Assembly: GCA_022616195.1 (NCBI GenBank) | Contig: JAKEFG010000014.1 | Location: 1 to 61,204, forward strand | Reading direction: 5' to 3' | Source of the DNA: Candidatus Wolfebacteria bacterium | GTDB taxonomy: Bacteria; Patescibacteriota; Minisyncoccia; Phycocordibacterales; EsbW-18 | DNA length: 61,204 nt | In this document: positions 33,513 through 42,959 of the stretch, piece after piece | Layout of the letters: each line of letters begins with the position of its first letter | How positions within the stretch are numbered: position 1 is the first letter of the stretch | Made by a program: the position numbers and the translations under genes | Notes under the pieces: model-generated | Seen by the model: the letters and a program-made list of their open reading frames with translations, nothing else | Told to the model about the DNA's origin: nothing | Databases searched by the model: none

Positions 33513-36053
33513 CTCCACCTCCGTGATGAGCTTCCATTCTCCCGACTGAATCAGTGGTTCTGCTTTCTTATATTTCATTTCTTTATTCTCATTACCGTTT
33601 GTGATTGTTACTACATCATTGCGCCCGATTTTATCCGCTTTACGCGCAACAACAGTTACTCCTTTCGTGCTCGCGCCGCCCCCTCTTGTTTTTGCCTGTT
33701 CACTCTGTCTGCGCAACCGCTCCTGCTCCTTGGCAAACGCCCCGACGCCCATGTTCGGAAGCAACTCCCGGATGTGTCCCGCAACAGACGTCTCCATTTC
33801 CCTAAAGAGACGAAGGCCCTCACGCTTATACTCTACGAGCGGATCGCGCTGGCCGTATGCCCGCAGATTGACGCTCCCGCGCAGATAGTCCATTTGTTCA
33901 AGGTGCCCCACCCAGTAGAGATCAATCGTCTGGAGGAGGAGCCGCCGCACACCGGCAACGAATTCTTCTTCGCCGAGCGCACTACGTTTTTCATCAACCA
34001 CAGTTTTTACTTCTTCATCATCACCAACAACCTCGTCAAGTGCGGCGAGAACATCATCGGACTTTCCCAGGAGCACTTGTCTGCGGCGATTGTAGATGCT
34101 TTGACGCTGGGTGTTCAGCACATCGTCAAACTCAAGCACGTGCTTGCGCGCATCAAAATTGAGTCCCTCAATCTTTTTCTGTGCGGTCTCAAGCGAGCGT
34201 GTAATCAGCCGGTTCTCAATCGGCATATCTTCAGGGATATCCATCTTTGCCATCATGTTCTTAATAGTGTCCGCGGCAAACACTCGCATAAGCGTGTCGT
34301 CAAGTGAGACAAAAAACTGTGTCTCGCCCGGATCTCCCTGTCGCCCCGAGCGTCCGCGGAGCTGGTTGTCGATTCGACGAGCCTCGTGACGCTCGGTGCC
34401 AAGCACGAACAAACCGCCAGTCTCCTTGACTGCCTCATATTCCCCAGGTGAGGGTGGGTTGCCGCCGAGTTTGATATCAACTCCGCGACCCGCCATGTTA
34501 GTCGCTATGGTCACTGCGTCCCTCCGCCCTGCCTGTGCAATAATTTCTCCCTCGCGTTCGTGGTTTTTCGCATTCAGAATCTCATGGATAATGCCTTCCT
34601 GCTGAAGGTACGCTGACAACAGCTCATTGTCTTCAATTGCAACCGTGCCTATCAAGACCGGCTGTCCTTTCTCGTTGAGCTCTTTCACTTTACTGGCAAT
34701 GGCCTTGAATTTGCCATCCGTTGTACGAAAGATAAGATCATTGCGATCAATCCGAGCAACGGGAACATTTGTGGGAATGACCACTGTTTCAAGACCGTAC
34801 ACTTTATAGAACTCCTCGGCAGAGGTTTCTGCAGTTCCGGTCATGCCGGAAAGTTTTTTATACTGCCGGAAGTAGTTCTGGTACGTTATGGAGGCAAATG
34901 TACGCGACTCTCGCTCAATCGGTACATTTTCTTTTGCCTCTATCGCCTGATGAAGTCCTTCTGACCAGCGACGCCCAGGCTGCAATCGCCCCGTAAACGA
35001 GTCAACAATGATAACCTTGCCGTCCCGCACCACGTAGTCCTTGTCGCGTTTGTAGTTTGCTTTTGCTCGCACCGCGGTTTCCAAGTGGTGTACGTACTTA
35101 ATACCTGCGTCTGTGTAGATATTGTCAATACCAAGAAGCTTCTCCGCTTTCTCAATACCTGCGTCAGTCAGCGCGGTTGCTTTATGCTTTTCCTCCACTT
35201 CATAATCCTCGCCCTCCGTGAGCTGTGCGGTAATTCGTGCAAATGTTTGGTACAGGTCTTCCGATTCTTCGGCGGGCATGGAAATAATCAAGGGCGTCCG
35301 CGCCTCGTCAATGAGAATTGAGTCAATCTCGTCCACGATTGCATAGTGAAACCCCCCCTCATCTTCCATCCGTTGTGATATATCCTCCTCTCGATACGCG
35401 ATATTGTCGCGCAGGTAATCAAAACCAAACTCGCTGTTGGTACCGTAGGTAATATCCGCCCGGTATGCCTCGCGCTTCCCCACCGGGCGAAGAAATTCAT
35501 AGATAACTCTAAACGAGCCCGTTGCATCTCGCTCCTGATCCGTTTCCGTGTGCCCCGGATCATAGAAAAACGACTGATTCTGGCTGTTGATGACACCTAC
35601 CGAAAGCCCGAGAAACGCGTAGATTTGTCCCATCCAGACCGCGTCGCGGCGGGAGAGATAGTCGTTTACCGTCACGACATGCACACCGCGTCCGGCAAGT
35701 GCGTTGAGATATACCGGGAGCGTCGCAACAAGTGTCTTTCCCTCGCCAGTTTTCATCTCGGCAATGTCTCCCCGGTGAAGCACGATGCCGCCGACAAGCT
35801 GCACATCGTAATGACGTTGGCCGAGCGTGCGGCGTGCCGCTTCACGCACCACCGCGAACGCTTCCGGAAGGATATCTTCTAGTGTGCTGCCATCTGCCAA
35901 TTCTTCTTTAAAAAACGCCGTCTTTGCCTTGAGCGCATCATCCGAGAGATTCTGGACGTTACTCTCACAAGCATTTATGGCATCTACCGTCGACTGAACC
36001 GCCGTGACGGCGCGAGCGCTTTCGTTGCCAAATAGGTTTTTTAACAACGACAT
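33504..36053 (-). CDS. secA: Preprotein translocase ATPase SecA
   Basis: About 849 aa with the MKTGEGKTL Walker A motif and the DEIDSILIDEARTPLII and TNMAGRGVDI motifs. I chose the ATG at 36053 as the start. Confidence 0.97.
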   Translation of the reverse strand: MSLLKNLFGNESARAVTAVQSTVDAINACESNVQNLSDDALKAKTAFFKEELADGSTLEDILPEAFAVVREAARRTLGQRHYDVQLVGGIVLHRGDIAEMKTGEGKTLVATLPVYLNALAGRGVHVVTVNDYLSRRDAVWMGQIYAFLGLSVGVINSQNQSFFYDPGHTETDQERDATGSFRVIYEFLRPVGKREAYRADITYGTNSEFGFDYLRDNIAYREEDISQRMEDEGGFHYAIVDEIDSILIDEARTPLIISMPAEESEDLYQTFARITAQLTEGEDYEVEEKHKATALTDAGIEKAEKLLGIDNIYTDAGIKYVHHLETAVRAKANYKRDKDYVVRDGKVIIVDSFTGRLQPGRRWSEGLHQAIEAKENVPIERESRTFASITYQNYFRQYKKLSGMTGTAETSAEEFYKVYGLETVVIPTNVPVARIDRNDLIFRTTDGKFKAIASKVKELNEKGQPVLIGTVAIEDNELLSAYLQQEGIIHEILNAKNHEREGEIIAQAGRRDAVTIATNMAGRGVDIKLGGNPPSPGEYEAVKETGGLFVLGTERHEARRIDNQLRGRSGRQGDPGETQFFVSLDDTLMRVFAADTIKNMMAKMDIPEDMPIENRLITRSLETAQKKIEGLNFDARKHVLEFDDVLNTQRQSIYNRRRQVLLGKSDDVLAALDEVVGDDEEVKTVVDEKRSALGEEEFVAGVRRLLLQTIDLYWVGHLEQMDYLRGSVNLRAYGQRDPLVEYKREGLRLFREMETSVAGHIRELLPNMGVGAFAKEQERLRRQSEQAKTRGGGASTKGVTVVARKADKIGRNDVVTITNGNENKEMKYKKAEPLIQSGEWKLITEVEKK

Positions 36054-36078
36054 GACAAAACAGTATAGCACAAAACGC

Positions 36079-36107
36079 TAAAAACCCCGCCCGGAGGCAG
36101 GGTTTTT
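36079..36107 (-). terminator. Rho-independent terminator downstream of the small basic protein gene
   Basis: The minus strand reads AAAAACCCTGCCTCCGGGCGGGGTTTTTAGCGTTTTG, a GC stem followed by a T-run. Confidence 0.55.
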
Positions 36108-36178
36108 AGCAAGTGGGATAGACCTTCGCCTACTTGCAAACGCTTGAGTGAGCGTAGCAAGCAAAGAACCGGGGTTCT

Positions 36179-36343
36179 TTACCGACGACGGCGGCGAGTT
36201 GCCTTACGCTTTGGAGCCGCTTTCTTAGTAGCCCGGCGGCGACGGCGCTTCGGTGCAGCCTTTTTGGCCGTCTTGCGGCGGCGAGTAGTGCGACGCTTCG
36301 GTGTCGCCTTCTTAGCTGCTGCCTTTCGTCTTCGTCTTACCAT
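36179..36343 (-). CDS. 54-aa highly basic repeat protein (histone H1-like / nucleic-acid-binding), not in the ORF track
   Basis: Translation: MVRRRRKAAAKKATPKRRTTRRRKTAKKAAPKRRRRRATKKAAPKRKATRRRRR, with three KKA(T/A)PKR(R/K) repeats. The gene is followed by a terminator. The 67-aa plus-strand ORF at 36144..36347 is its mirror image. Confidence 0.45.
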   Translation of the reverse strand: MVRRRRKAAAKKATPKRRTTRRRKTAKKAAPKRRRRRATKKAAPKRKATRRRRR

Positions 36344-36870
36344 ATAGATGTATAGGAGTGATTCCTATTTCTAAGAGTTCGACCGCTGTGCACATACATA
36401 ACCATCTCTACACAACAGCGTGCACATATTGTTGTCACTTGTAATTATCTGACAATAGGATATGCAATACAATACATGCAACAACAAAAGTGTGGATAAG
36501 TGTGTCTCCGCTTTTACTTGATGTTGAATCAAATAAAGGCGATGTGACGTTACAAATGTTTACCTTGCCGAAGTTTTAACGCAGGCAGGTCGCTTATGCG
36601 AATGAAATGCGCTAACCGTTTCTGTTAAGAACGCTTTGCGCCAATAACGAATGACACTCGTACAAATAAAGGGTATTAAACCCTTTGTTGACTCCTCGAC
36701 TCGGAAATGTGAAAGTTCTGCTTTCACATTTCTCTCGCTCTACGTCGCCAATAAAAAGTTCACGTCCGAGTGTGGGAGGCGGGTGCCAGCTCCATGCTAG
36801 ATGTTCTATGTGAGTGCAGCCGCCCCCCGCAGCCGAACACGACTGCATCAGTATAGCAAACAACTCTCGG

Positions 36871-36939
36871 AAAACGCGAACCCCGCCTTGCGGCGGGGCT
36901 CACGTAGAACATGTAGTGGTCTAGCACCACTGCACTCAC
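36871..36939 (-). ncRNA. Candidate short sRNA (about 70 nt) with its own promoter and terminator
   Basis: Minus-strand promoter: TTGCAT (36969-36974), 17-nt spacer, TGCTACAAT (36946-36954). Then a hairpin AGTGGT/ACCACT. The terminator is CCCCGCC-GCAA-GGCGGGG followed by TTCGCGTTTT. Confidence 0.3.
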
Positions 36940-36994
36940 GGGGGCATTGTAGCATACCCTGTCCTAAAATGCAACCCCACAAGCCACGGTGCCC

Positions 36995-38140
36995 CTAGTG
37001 ATGATATAAAGCCGCTGTTCTCTCAAGCATACGTTCCAGAGAAAACCTCTCAGTAACAGCCTTTTTAAGAGCCTTCCCATACTTCTTTCGTTTATCCTGA
37101 TTCCTGAAAAGTAACTCAAGTGCCCGGGCGACCTCGTCCGCATCCCCGGGACGGACAAGGATGCCTGAAGCCTCGTCAGTAATAACCTCAGGAATGCCGC
37201 CGGTCGTTGAGGCAATAACCGGCAGCCCTGCCTGCCCCGCCTCAAGCACCGTATACGGCAATCCTTCTTTAAGAGACGGGAGGACAAACACATCCAGTGC
37301 CGGCAGCACACGTGCAGTGTCCACATACCCCACCAAAAACACCTGTTGACTGAGCCCGAGGTGGCCAATAAGTCGTTCAAGTGTGTTATACTCCTCCCCC
37401 TCACCAGCAATCACACATCGTGCCTTCGGAAACATATCAACAACCGAGCGCATCGCCCATACAAGCGCGTCAAATGCTTTGTTTCTGGTAAGTTCTCCCA
37501 CTGTTCCCACCCACACACCGCGTGGAGAATCGTTACGAAGCGAGGGCACAAGAACCTTGAGATATTCTTGCGCGGCCGCCCGGCTTGCAAATGAGAGCGG
37601 TGCACGGCCGTTGTGAATGAGGACACATTTCCCCCGCAGAAACGGCATCCGCTCAGCCGCTCTCATGTCAACATCGGCAATCAGTATCACTCGGTGCGCA
37701 AAAAATGCCGTAAGCCATGAGAAGAACACAATGAGCATCCGTGCGGTACGCCCACGTTGTTCACGAAACGGCCAGCCGTGAACAGTGAAGATAACTCTAT
37801 GCACGCCAAGGAGTCGTGCAGCAACCGCGCCAAGTCCGCCGGCTTTTGAGCTATTGACATGCACCACATCTGGACGCTCACGCCAGATAATACGGAACAA
37901 CTCCGCGAATGCACGGGCTTCTTTTATAAAGTGTATGTCACGCTGGAACGTACGCACCTGAACCGTCCGTATGCCCGCCGCCTCAAGCCGCGTCTTGAGC
38001 TCGCCGCTACCACCGAGTGCAACAACAACATCGTAGACACCTTGGAGTTCTGTTGCGAGATCGTAGACATACCGCTGTGCCCCAAACCATACAGATTTCG
38101 TAATGATGTAGAGTACCTTTGGTGTATGTGTTGTTTTCAT
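36995..38140 (-). CDS. Glycosyltransferase family 4 (GT-B fold)
   Basis: 381 aa. The C-terminal PSLKEGLPYTVLEAGQAGLPVIAST.GGIPEV resembles the E(x7)E region of GT4 enzymes. Confidence 0.85.
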   Translation of the reverse strand: MKTTHTPKVLYIITKSVWFGAQRYVYDLATELQGVYDVVVALGGSGELKTRLEAAGIRTVQVRTFQRDIHFIKEARAFAELFRIIWRERPDVVHVNSSKAGGLGAVAARLLGVHRVIFTVHGWPFREQRGRTARMLIVFFSWLTAFFAHRVILIADVDMRAAERMPFLRGKCVLIHNGRAPLSFASRAAAQEYLKVLVPSLRNDSPRGVWVGTVGELTRNKAFDALVWAMRSVVDMFPKARCVIAGEGEEYNTLERLIGHLGLSQQVFLVGYVDTARVLPALDVFVLPSLKEGLPYTVLEAGQAGLPVIASTTGGIPEVITDEASGILVRPGDADEVARALELLFRNQDKRKKYGKALKKAVTERFSLERMLERTAALYHH

Positions 38141-38150
38141 ACTCTTTCAG

Positions 38151-38192
38151 TATACCCAGCACCACTTTTATATAAAAGTGGTGCTGGGTGTA
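38151..38192. repeat. GTATACCC-type hairpin (36-nt perfect palindrome ACCCAGCACCACTTTTATATAAAAGTGGTGCTGGGT)
   Basis: It lies in the 87-nt divergent spacer between the GT4 start and the gdh start. Confidence 0.85.
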
Positions 38193-38227
38193 ACGCGAGA
38201 AGCGTCTCTCTGATACAATGGCACCGT

Positions 38228-39547
38228 ATGAAAATACTTCCTCACGACACCCGTCTTGTGTGCACTAACTGCAAAAAACAGCTTGCCATACTCCATAGAA
38301 AGCATGTCTTTAGCGACAAAGAACTGGAATTGCTTGAACACGCTCGGCGTGCATTGGTTGTGAATTTTCCTGCCGTGATGGACGACGGGTCAGTGCGTGT
38401 TGTAGAAGGCTACCGCGTCCAGTATAACGACGCACTCGGTCCTACTAAGGGCGGCATCCGTATCCACGAAAACACAAATTTTGACGAGGTATCTGAACTT
38501 GCGTTTCTCATGTCCTTAAAAACGTCGCTCGCCGGACTCCCCTACGGCGGTGCCAAGGGTGCGATACGCATTAATCCCAACGAGCTCTCCCCGTTTGAAC
38601 ACGAACGCGTCGTGCGGGGATTTATCCGAGAGATTGCGCGCTTCATTGGGCCCGACCATGACATCCCCGCGCCCGACATCAACACCAATCCAGAAACCAT
38701 GGCGCTAATGCTTGATGAGTACGAACATGTTGTGGGACACAAAGCGCCAGCTGCGTTCACGGGGAAACCGTTTGCACGAGGTGGAAGCCTGGGGCGTGAT
38801 ACCGCAACCTCCAAAGGAGGGTTCTACATCATCACAGAGTACTTCTCCGCCAAAGGCGCGTACCCGCCGGACGGGCAGGAATCCGCTTCGGGCGGAAAAA
38901 ACAAAAACCCGCACAGTATTTCAGTCGCGATTCAGGGATTTGGTAACGTGGGGTCACACCTCGGCGAACTCCTCGCCAAGGCGGGCTTCCGTGTCATCGC
39001 CGTAAGCGATTCAAGCGGCGGCGTATATCAAAAAGACGGGCTTCCGATGGACGACATTATCCGATGGAAACGTGACAAAAAGAACCTGGTTGATTTCACA
39101 AACTCCCTGGGCAACACTTCGGCAGAATCAATCACCAACGAAAAACTTTTGGAACTCCCGGTTGATGTACTCATCCCATCAGCCCTCGGCGGCGTCATTA
39201 CTGAAACAAACGCGCCAAGAATACACGCGCGGCTTATCATAGAGATGGCAAACGCACCGGTAACCCCAGACGCCGACCCCGTGCTCAAAGAAAAAGGGGT
39301 GGCAATCATTCCCGACATACTCGCCAACTCTGGCGGCGTCATTGTCTCTTACTTTGAGTGGCTCCAGAACCGCGCGGGCGAGCAGTGGACTGCAGACAAA
39401 GTTGATGACAAACTTAAAAAAACAATACTCCTCGCCTATCGGCGGGTCATGGACGAATGTGCGCGACGTCCCAAGTTTGATATGCGCACGGTGAGTTACC
39501 TCCTTGCAGTACAGCGAATTGTAGAGGTAGAAAAAGAGAGGAAATAG
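38228..39547 (+). CDS. gdhA: Glutamate dehydrogenase (Glu/Leu/Phe/Val dehydrogenase family)
   Basis: GPTKGGIRIH, the catalytic region GGAKGAI and the Rossmann motif IQGFGNVG. I chose the ATG at 38228 as the start, because the upstream part of the ORF is antisense to the GT4 gene. Confidence 0.9.
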   Translation: MKILPHDTRLVCTNCKKQLAILHRKHVFSDKELELLEHARRALVVNFPAVMDDGSVRVVEGYRVQYNDALGPTKGGIRIHENTNFDEVSELAFLMSLKTSLAGLPYGGAKGAIRINPNELSPFEHERVVRGFIREIARFIGPDHDIPAPDINTNPETMALMLDEYEHVVGHKAPAAFTGKPFARGGSLGRDTATSKGGFYIITEYFSAKGAYPPDGQESASGGKNKNPHSISVAIQGFGNVGSHLGELLAKAGFRVIAVSDSSGGVYQKDGLPMDDIIRWKRDKKNLVDFTNSLGNTSAESITNEKLLELPVDVLIPSALGGVITETNAPRIHARLIIEMANAPVTPDADPVLKEKGVAIIPDILANSGGVIVSYFEWLQNRAGEQWTADKVDDKLKKTILLAYRRVMDECARRPKFDMRTVSYLLAVQRIVEVEKERK

Positions 39548-39635
39548 AAGAGGGGAGGTAGCCCGAAGGTGGACTCCTCCCCGAAGTGCGGCTCTCGCCG
39601 CGGTACTGCTCTTGCGCTTGACCAGATAGCAAAAC

Positions 39636-40028
39636 CTAGAGCGGCAAATCATCCAGAAGAGGCGCAGGCGGGGGGAGAGCGGGGGGAAGCGGCAAATGTT
39701 GTGTGATTTCACCCCACGCCCTGATGATTGCTACCCCCTCGGCACCATCAAGATTGCCCTCTTCGGCAAGTTCCCGAATGGTGCTTCTTAGAGTTCCGTA
39801 GCAGATGCACTGTTCTGGAACAAGTTCCGTCACTTTATCCCAGAGGTTGTAACAGTCCATGCACACCCGCCATGACGAGAAGCCGGCTTCGCTCCACCTT
39901 CCGACACAGTACATGTGACGCTCCCCGACATGAATCGGGCGCCTGCAATCAATGCACGCATGCCGTTTCTTCGCCTTCACCTCGCGAAATCGCGAGAACT
40001 CGCAGTGATCAAACTCGCAATCACACAT
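39636..40028 (-). CDS. Hypothetical Cys-rich (putative zinc-binding) protein with a Pro-rich tail
   Basis: 130 aa with CDC, HC, CIDC, CMDC and CIC clusters and a C-terminal LPLPPALPPPAPLL. It lies directly downstream of fusA on the same strand. Confidence 0.45.
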   Translation of the reverse strand: MCDCEFDHCEFSRFREVKAKKRHACIDCRRPIHVGERHMYCVGRWSEAGFSSWRVCMDCYNLWDKVTELVPEQCICYGTLRSTIRELAEEGNLDGAEGVAIIRAWGEITQHLPLPPALPPPAPLLDDLPL

Positions 40029-40133
40029 CGCCTCTCCTCCTTATTCTTGTCTTGTGTTGAGAGAGCCTGACGCCAGTACCGTACAATCCCAGACTATGAA
40101 TCTATACCTACCCTACCACACTGGTCTGCATTT

Positions 40134-40152
40134 ATCTAGTGCCTAGAGCCTG
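40134..40152. repeat. Short CTAG heptad array (2 units)
   Basis: TAG starts at 40137 and 40144. It shares a 16-mer with 26188-26203. Confidence 0.6.
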
Positions 40153-40237
40153 TTTTACACGCGGGACTTAATATCTCCTCATCTCCTCCGCAACCCCGTT
40201 AGAAAGCTCCGCTTCTAACGGGGCAGGCGTTCCCGGC

Positions 40238-42376
40238 TTACGTCCTGGCGGATATAATTTCACTTGCGACGTTCTGCGGCACAATCGCGTAGTGGTCAAA
40301 CTCCATGGTTGAACTGCCGCGCCCCTCGGTCATGGAGCGGAGCTGCGTTGTGTAGCCAAACATCTCCGAGAGCGGCACCTTGGCGTGAATCACTTTCATG
40401 TTGCCGCGGTCCTCCGTAGCTTCCACAAGCCCGCGTTTCCCGGAGAGATTGCCGGTGATGTCGCCCATAAACCTGTCCGGCACAATCACTTCCACTTTCA
40501 TAATCGGCTCCAGTAAGACCGGCTTTGCGCGCTTCGTCGCGTCCTGAAACGCTTGAGATGCGGCAATCTTAAACGCGATTTCGCTTGAATCCACCTCGTG
40601 GTACGACCCGTCAAAAAGATCAACGGAGATGTCCACCATCTTGTAGCCGGCGACCACGCCGCGGTCCATTGCTTCTCGCACGCCTTTCTCCACAGCGGGA
40701 ATATACTCGTTCGGAATGATGCCTCCTTTGATGCTATTCACAAATTCAAAATGCTCGCTCCGCTTGGTGTTCTTGGGCACGTCTTCCGGCTTTACGGTCA
40801 TGTCCATCGGCTTCACGCGCAATTTCACGTGCCCGTACTGTCCGCGTCCGCCGGTCTGTTTGATATACTTGTTCTCCGCCTCAGCGTTCGTGGTAATCGT
40901 CTCGCGATAGGCGACCTGCGGTTTGCCGACATTTGCCTCAACGGAAAACTCACGTTTCATCCGATCAACAATGATCTCCAAATGAAGCTCGCCCATACCG
41001 GAGATAATGGTCTCGAGTGTTTCCGCGTCGCTTGAGACGCGAAACGTTGGGTCTTCATCGGCGAGCTTCTTGAGTGCCATACCCATTTTTTCCTGGTCGG
41101 CTTTGGTCTTGGGCTCAATGCGCATCGCCACCACCGGCTCGGGAAAGTCAATTTTGTGAAGCACAATCGGATGCGCCTCATCACAGAGCGTGTCGGAGGT
41201 GTGCGTGTCCTTGAGCCCCACTGCCGCGGCAATTTCGCCCGCATAGACCGTCTTCACCTCCTCGCGGTCGTTCGCGTGCATCCGCAAAATGCGCCCCACG
41301 CGCTCTTTTTCGCCCGTCGTTGAGTTGTAGACATACGAGCCCGCGGAAATGGTTCCCGAATACACGCGAAAATACATAAGCTGACCCACGAACGGGTCCG
41401 TTTGAAGTTTGAATGCAAGCGCGGCAAATGGCTCGTCGTCAGACGATTTCCGGCTGATGATTTCCCCCGTCTTCGGTTCAACCCCTTCAATCGGCGGCAC
41501 ATCAAGCGGACTCGGCAGATAGTCAACGACTGCGTCCAGAAGCTTCGTCACGGTCGCGGTACGTCCGTCAGCAACCATGACCGGGAAGAATTCTCCCGAA
41601 ATCGTACCCTTGCGGATGAGTGATTTAATTTCAGCGGCAGTAAGCACACCATCTTCCAGATAGCGCGCCATGAGCGTCTCGTCCATTTCCACGACCTTCT
41701 CAAGCATGTGCTCCCGGTACCGTTTCACATCATCTCTAAGTTCCGTGGGGATTTCTGCCTCCTTTAGTTGTGTGTGCTCGTCATTTGCATATACCCATGC
41801 TTTCTGCTCAACAAGATCCACAATACCTCTGTGTTCATCGTGCTCACCGATGGGAATCCAAATGGCAAATGCGTTCGGTGAGAGCCGCTCTTTGATGCTT
41901 TTTAAGGTCATGGTGAAGTTGCCGCCGAGCGCATTGATTTTGTTTGCAAAACACATGCGCGGTACCTTGTATTTGTCCGCCTGCCGCCACACCGTCTCCG
42001 ACTGCGGCTCCACGCCCATCTTTGAATCAAAAATAACCACGGCACCGTCAAGCACCTTGAGCGAGCGCTCTACCTCGGCGGTGAAATCCACGTGTCCGGG
42101 CGTATCAATGATGTTGATGCGGTGCTTCTTATCTTGATTGCCCGGGTCGTAGGTTGGCGTCCAAAAGCATGTGGTCGCAGCGGAAGTAATGGTGATGCCG
42201 CGCTCCTTTTCCTGCGCCATCCAGTCCATGATCGCGGCGCCTTCGTGCACCTCGCCGATTTTGTGCGAGACGCCGGTATAAAACAAAATACGCTCGGTTA
42301 CCGTCGTCTTGCCGGCGTCGATGTGCGCAATGATGCCAATATTACGAACCTTTTCAAGTGGGTAATCTCTACTCAT
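40238..42376 (-). CDS. fusA: Elongation factor G
   Basis: 712 aa with [17 protein letters not shown] and the full five-domain length. Confidence 0.97.
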   Translation of the reverse strand: MSRDYPLEKVRNIGIIAHIDAGKTTVTERILFYTGVSHKIGEVHEGAAIMDWMAQEKERGITITSAATTCFWTPTYDPGNQDKKHRINIIDTPGHVDFTAEVERSLKVLDGAVVIFDSKMGVEPQSETVWRQADKYKVPRMCFANKINALGGNFTMTLKSIKERLSPNAFAIWIPIGEHDEHRGIVDLVEQKAWVYANDEHTQLKEAEIPTELRDDVKRYREHMLEKVVEMDETLMARYLEDGVLTAAEIKSLIRKGTISGEFFPVMVADGRTATVTKLLDAVVDYLPSPLDVPPIEGVEPKTGEIISRKSSDDEPFAALAFKLQTDPFVGQLMYFRVYSGTISAGSYVYNSTTGEKERVGRILRMHANDREEVKTVYAGEIAAAVGLKDTHTSDTLCDEAHPIVLHKIDFPEPVVAMRIEPKTKADQEKMGMALKKLADEDPTFRVSSDAETLETIISGMGELHLEIIVDRMKREFSVEANVGKPQVAYRETITTNAEAENKYIKQTGGRGQYGHVKLRVKPMDMTVKPEDVPKNTKRSEHFEFVNSIKGGIIPNEYIPAVEKGVREAMDRGVVAGYKMVDISVDLFDGSYHEVDSSEIAFKIAASQAFQDATKRAKPVLLEPIMKVEVIVPDRFMGDITGNLSGKRGLVEATEDRGNMKVIHAKVPLSEMFGYTTQLRSMTEGRGSSTMEFDHYAIVPQNVASEIISART

Positions 42377-42449
42377 ATGTCTTGTCGTATATTCCTCAAA
42401 CGCCTGCCTGTCATCGACAGGGATAGCCGCCTGCTATGCTCAACACCGA

Positions 42450-42956
42450 TTATCTGGATTTTCTCCTCGGCTTATTAAACGCAAAGTGGGCGAACGCCTT
42501 GTTGGCTTCCGCCATTGAGTGCATCGTCGCTTTCTTCTTCATCGCTTCACCCTCTTCCTTGCTCGCGGCAACAAGCTCGTCGGCAAGGCGCTTCGCCATA
42601 GGACGCCCGTGCTTCCCGCGCGCTGCCTGCAAAATCCAGCGCATGGAGAGCGCCAAGCGGCGCTCCGGGCGCACCTCGTAGGGCACCTGATAGTTAGCGC
42701 CGCCAACGCGCCGCGAGCGCACTTCCATGGACGGGCCGACGTTGCGCAAAGCCGCCTCAAAGACCTCAAGCGGCTTTTCCTTGGTCTCTTTTTCTATAAT
42801 GTCAAGTGCGTCATAGACAACGTTCTCAGCGACTGTTTTCTTGCCGCGCTCCATCACATAGTTGATGAATTTAGTCACTCGTTCGGAGCCATATTTGTGA
42901 TCCGGTACAAGTGGATGTTTCTCGCGTTCTTTAAGTGGTCTGCGCATGGTAGACAA
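42450..42956 (-). CDS. rpsG: 30S ribosomal protein S7
   Basis: 168 aa. It sits in str-operon order with the conserved VEVRSRRVGGANYQVP. Confidence 0.97.
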   Translation of the reverse strand: MSTMRRPLKEREKHPLVPDHKYGSERVTKFINYVMERGKKTVAENVVYDALDIIEKETKEKPLEVFEAALRNVGPSMEVRSRRVGGANYQVPYEVRPERRLALSMRWILQAARGKHGRPMAKRLADELVAASKEEGEAMKKKATMHSMAEANKAFAHFAFNKPRRKSR

Positions 42957-42959
42957 CTA

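Noticed and set aside
36144-36347. 67-aa plus-strand ORF (MSERSKQRTGVLYRRRRRVALRFGAAFL...).
   Set aside because: It is the mirror image of the more plausible minus-strand 54-aa KKAxPKRR repeat protein, which has an ATG start and a downstream terminator.
36491-36499. Perfect DnaA-box sequence (TTATCCACA on the minus strand) in an AT-rich spacer, considered as a possible oriC.
   Set aside because: I found only one box. There is no cluster of boxes, no dnaA or dnaN nearby and no obvious AT-rich 13-mer repeats. A single 9-mer match is expected by chance in a genome.
37859-38227. 123-aa N-terminal extension of the glutamate dehydrogenase ORF.
   Set aside because: The extension is antisense to the GT4 gene and crosses the 38151-38192 palindrome. 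A good ATG at 38228 precedes the conserved GDH core.
38228-38350. N-terminal MKILPHDTRLVCTNCKKQL of GDH, considered as a zinc ribbon.
   Set aside because: Only one CxxC pair is present, which is not enough for a zinc-binding call.
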